From Chitinophagales bacterium (GTDB lineage Bacteria > Bacteroidota > Bacteroidia > Chitinophagales > JADIYW01): DNA of 64,000 bases. Location: assembly GCA_020848475.1 (NCBI GenBank), contig JADKZZ010000155.1, positions 4,652-68,651 on the forward strand. Direction: 5' to 3'. Of the stretch, positions 57,691 to 64,000 are shown one piece after another (within the stretch, counting starts at the first letter, position 1; the number at the start of each line of letters is the position of its first letter). Position numbers and translations under genes: made by a program. The notes beneath the pieces were generated by a model. The model saw nothing but the letters and a program-made list of their open reading frames with translations, did not search any database and was not told where the DNA came from.

Positions 57691-58257
57691 TTATTTATTA
57701 TTAAAACCGTTCATAGTATTCGACAAGCCAGCTACGCAGAATGATTTAATAATTTCTACTGCGATGTTAATTCGTTCTTGCAAAATTACTTCTTGCTCTG
57801 GTTTCCATTTTCCCAAAACAAATTCTACTTGTTTCCCTTTGGCAAAATCATTTCCAATGCCAAATTTTAATCGTGGATAGGAAGCACTCTGTAATTCCTC
57901 TTGAATAGATTTTAAACCATTGTGGCCTGCATCACTGCCTTTAGAACGCACACGCAATTGACCAAATGGCAAGGCTAAATCGTCAACAATTACAAAAATA
58001 TTTTCAATGGGAATGCTTAATTCATTCATCCAGTATTTAATAGCTTTACCACTTAGATTCATATAAGTCGTAGGCTTTATGATATGAATTTGTTTGCCTT
58101 TATATGTTGTTTTTGCGATAGCAGCTAAGCGAGAAATATCAAAAGTTGTAGAAAAATTTTCTGCTAATTTGTCAACCACGTCAAATCCAATATTATGACG
58201 TGTATGTGTATAATCACTTCCAATATTCCCTAAACCTATTATTAAATATTTTGACAT
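57691..58257 (-). CDS. pth: peptidyl-tRNA hydrolase
   Basis: 188-aa ORF with LIIGLGNIGSDYTHTRHNIGF, and GSDAGHNGLKSI. Confidence 0.9.
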   Translation of the reverse strand: MSKYLIIGLGNIGSDYTHTRHNIGFDVVDKLAENFSTTFDISRLAAIAKTTYKGKQIHIIKPTTYMNLSGKAIKYWMNELSIPIENIFVIVDDLALPFGQLRVRSKGSDAGHNGLKSIQEELQSASYPRLKFGIGNDFAKGKQVEFVLGKWKPEQEVILQERINIAVEIIKSFCVAGLSNTMNGFNNK

Positions 58258-58312
58258 AAAAAAACAAGCACTTGTGTAATAGACATCAACAGCAAAGCTA
58301 TCTATTTTTGGA

Positions 58313-61300
58313 TTATTGAATAATTATATTTTGTGTTGCAACACCATCTTCATTATACAAGGAAATAAAATACATTCCTTTTTCGATGCCTTGCATATTT
58401 ATTGGAAAGATAGTATTTCCTTGTAAAGTTGAAATCATTTCTTGTTTGAGTATTTGACCTGTAATACTGTATAGCTTCAGTTGAAGTAATGCAGATTTCA
58501 CAGATGAAATATACACTAGAAAACTGCCATTATTCGGATTTGGAGATACACTAAATGATGTTGAAGTTTTCGTAGATTTTATTGCTGTTAAAATCGCATT
58601 AAAATAATCGGAAGTATCTGATGTGCAATTGTCAACACTATGGACTTGCACCGCATAAACTCCACTATTTCTGATTATTAAATAAGGCTCATTTGTACGT
58701 GTATCAGTATTATTTGATTGAAGCCAATTATACGTTGCTCCAGCCATAATCACATTGCAAAACAAAGTATCGTGGCTCTGTGTAATTACAGCTTGTATTG
58801 GTACATCATGCACCGTTAAATCTAATATTACTGTACTATCGCAACCTTGTGATGTTTGCATGACTACGCTGTGTATGCCTGTTGTTTTGAATACTTGATT
58901 ACCGATTATAATGCTATCATTGCTGCATATTGTATTTGCTATATTTGTTGTTTTGGTTGAATGCACCGTTAAATCTAATACTACTGTACTATCGCAACCT
59001 TGTGATGTTTGCATGACTACGCTGTGTGTACCTGATGTTTTGAATATTTGATTGCCGATTATAACACTATCATCGCTGCATATTGTGTTTGCTATATTTG
59101 TTGTTTTGGTGGAATGCACCGTTAAATCTAATACTACTGTACTGTCGCAACCTTGTGATGTTTGCATGACTAAGCTGTGTATGCCTGTTGTTTTGAATAC
59201 TTGGTTGCCAATTACTACACTATCATTGCTGCATATTGTGCTCGCTATATTTGTTGTTTTGGTTGAATGCACCGTTAAATCTAATACTACAGTACTATCG
59301 CAACCTTGAGATGTTTGCATAACTAAGCTGTGTATGCCTGTTGTTTTGAATATTTGATTGCCGATTACTACACTATCATCACTGCATATTGTGTTTGCAA
59401 TATTTGTTGTTTTGGTGGAATGCACCGTTAAATCTAATACTACTGTACTGTCGCAACCTTGTGATGTTTGCATGACTACGCTGTGTATGCCTGTTGTTTT
59501 GAATACTTGATTGCCGATTACTACACTATCATTACTGCATATTGTGTTTGCAATATTTGTTGTTTTGGTAGGATTGACTTTTACTAAAACAGAATCTACA
59601 GAAGTGCACTCATTATTTGTAATGCTTATTGAATAGTATGTATCTTGAGTTGGTGCTACTGAAATGGTATCTTTTGTTGACAGATTACTCCAAATGCAAG
59701 TAGCACCTGCTATATAAGCAACGCTAAGCGCTATTGAATCGCCAGAACAAATAATTGGTATGGCTGGAGAAAATACGATTGTAGGATTTGGATGTACTGT
59801 GATATTTTTTACAAAAACATTACTTGCATTTCCATTTTTATATGCAACTAAACTTACCATATAAATTCCACTGGAATCGAATTGAGCATTGAAAGAAGTT
59901 AACGAGGTAGAAGTATCAGGAAGACCTCCATGAATAGTCCATTTTACAGAATCAGGATTACCTGTAGTTGTGTTGCTAAATAGTATATTCTCACCTTGGC
60001 AAATTACAGAATCGCTTGCAGAAAAAGATGCTTGCACAATAGGTACACCTTGGTTAATTTTAATCCAAGCATTATTTAAGTCAAAGAAAATATTTCCAGC
60101 ACCTTTTACTTTAATACGTGCTGATGCATTATCCGTGACGACGTCAGGAATATTAACAACTTCATTACCATCATTTGAAGTAGTCGCTAGAAGATAAGGA
60201 AATGTTCTAGCGCTGTCTAGTGACAGATAGATTTGCACATTTGCACATGAAATCGGAGCTTCTGTTGTGTTGGCAATATCCCAATTTACTGTTATTGCTG
60301 TATTGCCCGTAATAATAGATGGTGCTGCATGACTTGTTACTCTAAATAAGGTAGGAGTTGCTATTGATTTTACAGTAATATTGCTATCAGGCGCATTGAA
60401 AACACCAAAACCACTTGGGTCGATATTTTTGACAGTACATCTAAGCTTAACATCGCGTGTCACTTCTGGCAACACTTCACCTTTGTATCTGATTACATTA
60501 TTAATTAAGCTATCCCAACGAGGAAACGTTCTTGTTGGCGATGGAGTTGGCGAAAAAGAACGAAAAATTGGTGCTGTAATTATATTAGCATTACTCCATG
60601 AACCAGCAGGGCCTAAATCCCATTCTTCCCAAAGATAATTTAATGGAAAGCCATTCGGATCGCTTGCAGTTGCTGTTACTTCAAAGCTTGTTTTATAAGG
60701 AATATAATAAGTAGATTTATAGCTTAGCACGTTAGGTGCTTGATTACCTGTGTTGCTTACCATCGCACAAGATGTGGACGAAATATGATTAAATATTTCT
60801 ACAATACTTGCTCTGTGAAAAAAATCATCTGAATGTGCTTGAATATCGTTTGCATCGCAAATTCCAGCATAACCCATAATAGTAATGCCACTACCAGGTT
60901 CATACGCCGTAGCGCTATTTCTGTTTCCATTACATGCACCTGTATTGCCGTTAAATGTATGGCTTGCACCAAACTGATGTCCCATTTCATGCGCAACATA
61001 ATCAATATCAAATCCATCGCCTATAGGCTCTGATGAACCAGTAACGCCTTTGGCTTTAATTTGATTATCGCAAACGCTAGCCAAATATGCGACACCACCA
61101 CCACCTGTACTAAATACATGTCCAATATCATAGTTAGCATTTCCGATGCGTGCATCGCATACTGTTTGATTTTGATCTAACATAGCACCGCCATCATCAT
61201 TGCTATAATTATCAGTACCGATAAAAATTAAAGTATCATTATTGGCGACTAAATCCATGTGCACAGAAAGATCTTTTTCATACACACCATTTACACGATT

Positions 61301-62008
61301 TAGTGTTGTAATCATTGCACTTAACACTAATGCTTTTGTTGGCGCACTCGGTGCGCACACTGCAATGGAATATTCTCTTGTACATGCTAAAGCCAAGCGA
61401 TAATTTCGCCTAACACCTGTTGCAATACTATTATCAATTCCATTCGTTGCTTGTGTGATTCTCTGAGAAGAATGAGAGAGTGTATTTTCGATGATACCTG
61501 TTTGACAAGCAGTATTTGAATTGCTTATTTTTGAATAATCTTTTTTATAATAACAGGTATAATAACCAGTATTGCTTGTTGAAAATGGGTCAATGAAATA
61601 AACACCTTTAGGAGAAAACACCATAGCGTGGAAACCAAATGATGTGTAGTCTAGCTTTGCTGCGATGGCAGGATTATCAATACAAAAAGCTTGATACGTT
61701 TTTATCGTTGGAAATTTTGCAGCCAATATCGGATCCATACAAGAAAGTTCAAATATTTTGAATTTTATAAAATCGCCTTCTGGTGTTGGCAAATCAATAA
61801 TTACCGATTGCCTACTTTGTTCTGTAGGTATTGACTGTTGAAATAATTGGAATGCAGCATTATTTAATTGCAATAGATTATATTTCTGAGGAATAATTTT
61901 CCGGATGCCTTCTATCTTAATATTTTCAGAAGATATCTTGTGCCACAATGTATTTGAGAACACATTGCTAATCACAAAATAAAACAAGACAAAAAAGATT
62001 TTTTTCAT
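58313..62008 (-). CDS. large secreted metzincin (reprolysin/M12B-like zinc metalloprotease) with Ig/PKD-like modules, five tandem 51-aa Cys-containing repeats and a T9SS type-A C-terminal sorting domain
   Basis: 1231-aa ORF with a signal peptide and the zinc site VAHEMGHQFGASHTF (HExxHxxGxxH). A PKD-like stretch (SASDSVICQGENILFSNTTTG...VSLVAY) is followed by the repeats. The C-terminus FSVSPNPNNGSFLVY...GMYFISLYNEDGVATQNIIIQ is typical of T9SS CTDs. Confidence 0.8.
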   Translation of the reverse strand: MKKIFFVLFYFVISNVFSNTLWHKISSENIKIEGIRKIIPQKYNLLQLNNAAFQLFQQSIPTEQSRQSVIIDLPTPEGDFIKFKIFELSCMDPILAAKFPTIKTYQAFCIDNPAIAAKLDYTSFGFHAMVFSPKGVYFIDPFSTSNTGYYTCYYKKDYSKISNSNTACQTGIIENTLSHSSQRITQATNGIDNSIATGVRRNYRLALACTREYSIAVCAPSAPTKALVLSAMITTLNRVNGVYEKDLSVHMDLVANNDTLIFIGTDNYSNDDGGAMLDQNQTVCDARIGNANYDIGHVFSTGGGGVAYLASVCDNQIKAKGVTGSSEPIGDGFDIDYVAHEMGHQFGASHTFNGNTGACNGNRNSATAYEPGSGITIMGYAGICDANDIQAHSDDFFHRASIVEIFNHISSTSCAMVSNTGNQAPNVLSYKSTYYIPYKTSFEVTATASDPNGFPLNYLWEEWDLGPAGSWSNANIITAPIFRSFSPTPSPTRTFPRWDSLINNVIRYKGEVLPEVTRDVKLRCTVKNIDPSGFGVFNAPDSNITVKSIATPTLFRVTSHAAPSIITGNTAITVNWDIANTTEAPISCANVQIYLSLDSARTFPYLLATTSNDGNEVVNIPDVVTDNASARIKVKGAGNIFFDLNNAWIKINQGVPIVQASFSASDSVICQGENILFSNTTTGNPDSVKWTIHGGLPDTSTSLTSFNAQFDSSGIYMVSLVAYKNGNASNVFVKNITVHPNPTIVFSPAIPIICSGDSIALSVAYIAGATCIWSNLSTKDTISVAPTQDTYYSISITNNECTSVDSVLVKVNPTKTTNIANTICSNDSVVIGNQVFKTTGIHSVVMQTSQGCDSTVVLDLTVHSTKTTNIANTICSDDSVVIGNQIFKTTGIHSLVMQTSQGCDSTVVLDLTVHSTKTTNIASTICSNDSVVIGNQVFKTTGIHSLVMQTSQGCDSTVVLDLTVHSTKTTNIANTICSDDSVIIGNQIFKTSGTHSVVMQTSQGCDSTVVLDLTVHSTKTTNIANTICSNDSIIIGNQVFKTTGIHSVVMQTSQGCDSTVILDLTVHDVPIQAVITQSHDTLFCNVIMAGATYNWLQSNNTDTRTNEPYLIIRNSGVYAVQVHSVDNCTSDTSDYFNAILTAIKSTKTSTSFSVSPNPNNGSFLVYISSVKSALLQLKLYSITGQILKQEMISTLQGNTIFPINMQGIEKGMYFISLYNEDGVATQNIIIQ
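58805..59569 (-). repeat. five head-to-tail copies of a 153-bp (51-codon) in-frame tandem repeat inside the metalloprotease gene
   Basis: The marker string caccgttaaatctaata recurs at 58811, 58964, 59117, 59270 and 59423, an exact 153-bp period. The protein unit is TKTTNIANTICS(N/D)DS(V/I)(V/I)IGNQ(V/I)FKT(T/S)G(I/T)HS(V/L)VMQTSQGCDSTV(V/I)LDLTVH(S/D). The one pair of adjacent copies I compared base by base differs at about 11 of 153 positions. Confidence 0.9.
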
Positions 62009-62091
62009 TCGACGAATAATTATTATGTATAAAGATAGAAATTCGATAGCATATAGTCACACATCTGTGTCAAATATGGCGTTTGCTAAAA

Positions 62092-62122
62092 CAAAAAAAG
62101 ACCGGAAAATTCCGGTCTTTTT
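62092..62122 (-). terminator. intrinsic terminator after rplY
   Basis: Stem agaccgg / ccggtct (62099-62105 / 62112-62118). The minus-strand U-run comes from the A7 tract at 62093-62099. It lies 16 nt beyond the rplY stop and upstream of the metalloprotease gene. Confidence 0.7.
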
Positions 62123-62137
62123 GTTATACAAAAGAGC

Positions 62138-62737
62138 TTATTTTTTCTTGCTAGAAGATTCTGCTTTTGCTGCTTCTGTAGCAGCAGATTTTAATGCTCT
62201 TGTTATCTCTACAGATACCAAAGGAATTGCAGGAGAGTTTAAGATTTCAAAGCCTGTTTCTTTAATATCACGTACTTTGAAAGATTGGCCTAATTTCAAT
62301 TCGCTGATATCAACATCTATATTGTCTTTTAGATTTTCAGGTGTTGATTTTACTTTCACTTTACGAACTTTCACCAATAATTTACCACCTTCTTTTACAC
62401 CTGGAGATTGACCTACCACTCTGATAGGAATTTCTACAATTACAGGAGTGCCTGGAATTAATTTGTGGAAGTCAATGTGTCTAACTTCTTCTGTAATTGG
62501 ATGTACTTGTACATCTTTCAACAAGGCTTCGTGTGTAGTGCCATCGATGTTGATGATTGCTTTGTAAAATTTTGGCGTGTACAAGATTCCTCTCAACTCA
62601 GAGATAGTTGATGTGAAGTGTACCACCTCGTTTCCCGCATACATCACGCAAGGAATGTTGCCAGCAGCTCTATCTGCTTTTGTTGCTACTTTTCCTACGC
62701 CTGCTCTAGCTTTTCCGCTAATGGTAATGGTTTGCAT
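62138..62737 (-). CDS. rplY: 50S ribosomal protein L25 / general stress protein Ctc
   Basis: 199-aa ORF with ...RAAGNIPCVMYAG, HPITEEVRHIDF and a long C-terminal extension, as in Ctc-form L25. Confidence 0.9.
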   Translation of the reverse strand: MQTITISGKARAGVGKVATKADRAAGNIPCVMYAGNEVVHFTSTISELRGILYTPKFYKAIINIDGTTHEALLKDVQVHPITEEVRHIDFHKLIPGTPVIVEIPIRVVGQSPGVKEGGKLLVKVRKVKVKSTPENLKDNIDVDISELKLGQSFKVRDIKETGFEILNSPAIPLVSVEITRALKSAATEAAKAESSSKKK

Positions 62738-62742
62738 AATAC

Positions 62743-63708
62743 TTACTTTTTTTGAATGAATAATGAATTAATAGATTTAAACTCGTGTGCGTTTCGGATA
62801 GCTCTTGCAAACAATGGCGCTACCGATAGCACTTTTATTTTTGTACTTTGTTGTTTTAAAGGAATGGTATCACATACCACTAATTCTGTCAATGCTGACT
62901 CTTCAATTCTTTCGTATGCTTTACCTGATAATACTGGATGAGTTATTAAAGCACGAACACTTTTGGCGCCTTTTTCCATGAGAAGATTAGCAGCAGCTGT
63001 CAATGTACCGCCAGTATCAATTAGGTCATCTACCAATATTACGTTTTTACCTGTAACATCGCCGATAAGACGCATTGATTCGATTTCATTGGCTTTTGCT
63101 CTGTGTTTATCGCAGATAACCAATTCTGCATTAAATTGACGCGCATAATTTCTGGCACGTTTGATGCCACCAACATCTGGCGATGCAAATACTAAATCCT
63201 CTAAACTAAGCTCTTTCAAGTATGGAATAAAAATAGCATCTGCTTCTAAATGGTCAACTGGAATATCAAAAAAACCTTGTATTTGTTGTGAATGCAAGTC
63301 CATCGTCATCACACGTTGAGCACCAGCAGCAACCAACATATTTGCAACCAACTTTGCGCCTATTGCCACACGTGGTTTGTCTTTTCTGTCTTGACGAGCC
63401 AAGCCAAAGTATGGCATTACTGCTACGACATAACCAGCAGAAGCTCTTTTGGCTGCATCTAACAATAATAGCAATTCCATTAAATTATCGGCTGGTGCAA
63501 AGGTACTTTGCATGCAAAAAACATAAGAACCTCGAATACTTTCTGTGATTACAGGCTCAAATTCACCATCGCTGAACTGCATGACTTCCACTGGCGTTAA
63601 ATCCTGACCATAACATTCAGCAATTGTAGAAGACAGGTACTGTGTACATCTGCCAGAAATCAGTTTTAAGTCAGGAATTACCACTTTTCGTTGAAATTTG
63701 AGGTGCAA
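62743..63708 (-). CDS. prs: ribose-phosphate pyrophosphokinase (PRPP synthase)
   Basis: FSDGEF, PYFGLARQDRK, DLHSQQIQGFFDIPVDHL and VDDLIDTGGTL (PRPP loop). The track start is TTG 63708, and an in-frame GTG at 63684 (MVIPDLKLISG...) may be the real start. Confidence 0.9.
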   Translation of the reverse strand: MHLKFQRKVVIPDLKLISGRCTQYLSSTIAECYGQDLTPVEVMQFSDGEFEPVITESIRGSYVFCMQSTFAPADNLMELLLLLDAAKRASAGYVVAVMPYFGLARQDRKDKPRVAIGAKLVANMLVAAGAQRVMTMDLHSQQIQGFFDIPVDHLEADAIFIPYLKELSLEDLVFASPDVGGIKRARNYARQFNAELVICDKHRAKANEIESMRLIGDVTGKNVILVDDLIDTGGTLTAAANLLMEKGAKSVRALITHPVLSGKAYERIEESALTELVVCDTIPLKQQSTKIKVLSVAPLFARAIRNAHEFKSINSLFIQKK

Positions 63709-63738
63709 AGATAATAATTAAATACAAAAAATCAGTGC

Positions 63739-63782
63739 ATTCAGATTAAGAATCGTGGATTTTGTAATTTTTTAATCTGAAT
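63739..63782. promoter_or_regulatory. 11-bp perfect inverted repeat in the prs upstream region (possible operator or RNA hairpin)
   Basis: attcagattaa (63739-63749) and ttaatctgaat (63772-63782) are exact reverse complements separated by 22 nt. It lies 31-74 nt upstream of the prs track start. Confidence 0.3.
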
Positions 63783-64000
63783 TGGAAATAATGCAATAAC
63801 CTGTACTTCAGTTTAATTAGACATGTATTTATATCCAACTGATTGTCAAGGTCAAACCATTCAACTTCTTCTCTAAGGCAACAGAAAACAAGTCGATAAT
63901 TTCGCACAACGATAATAACCACACTTAACTAGTCACACCGAAGGTGAGACTGCGCTACGCTTTTACACATATAGTAATAATCCACAATTTTGTTGTATTA

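Noticed and set aside
63931-63949. Hairpin gtcacacc-gaa-ggtgagac containing CACCGAAGG near the right window edge, superficially like a glycine-riboswitch core
   Set aside because: It is only an 8-bp stem with one mismatch. None of the other aptamer elements are nearby, and the downstream gene is outside the window, so it cannot be interpreted.
1-64000. Scan for CRISPR arrays, transposases/integrases, phage genes, restriction-modification, toxin-antitoxin or other known defence modules
   Set aside because: I found no direct-repeat/spacer architecture, no recombinase, transposase or phage-like ORFs, no tRNA-flanked island boundaries and no recognisable defence domains. The window reads as core chromosome, so any claim of a novel defence system here would be unsupported.

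Overview
This window is a visibly AT-rich chromosomal segment that reads as core genome of a member of the Bacteroidota. Supporting evidence is a type III glutamine synthetase, T9SS type-A C-terminal sorting domains on two secreted proteases, CarboxypepD_reg-type TonB-dependent receptors (one with a DUF4249 partner), TAnnTTTG -7 promoter boxes and a lack of obvious Shine-Dalgarno sequences. I call about 57 protein-coding genes, one of them truncated at the left edge. There are 3 tRNAs (Glu-UUC, Val-UAC, Ser-UGA), a set of intrinsic terminators, several -7 promoter boxes and one 5 x 153 bp in-frame tandem repeat. I saw no rRNA, CRISPR array, transposase or integrase, prophage, or recognisable defence or toxin-antitoxin system.

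Most of the content is housekeeping:
- Central metabolism: pgk, gap, glnN, gcvP, gdh, accC.
- Nucleotide and cofactor synthesis: purL, purM, prs, queD, metK.
- Translation and replication: pth, rplY, holB.
- Cell wall and haem export: mltG, ccmBCD.

Nothing here is a clear-cut new system. These loci deserve a second look:
1. A tightly packed five-gene minus-strand cluster at 22817-29360. It holds two paralogous lipoproteins of a family I do not recognise, a T9SS subtilase, a TonB-dependent receptor and DUF4249.
2. A second receptor, lipoprotein and M13 peptidase trio at 16880-22124.
3. An animal/ciliate-like glutamate dehydrogenase with a shortened antenna-like insertion, placed 4 nt behind a CcmB-CcmC-CcmD-only module.
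4. A roughly 700 bp gene-free AT-rich interval at 44959-45659 with two orphan intrinsic terminators and a candidate sRNA of about 65 nt.
5. A 1231-aa T9SS metzincin carrying five near-identical 51-aa repeats, inserted between rplY and pth.
6. A signal-anchored fold-type III PLP enzyme inserted between the PSP1/RicT homologue and holB.

All family assignments come from motif recognition by eye. No database search was run.
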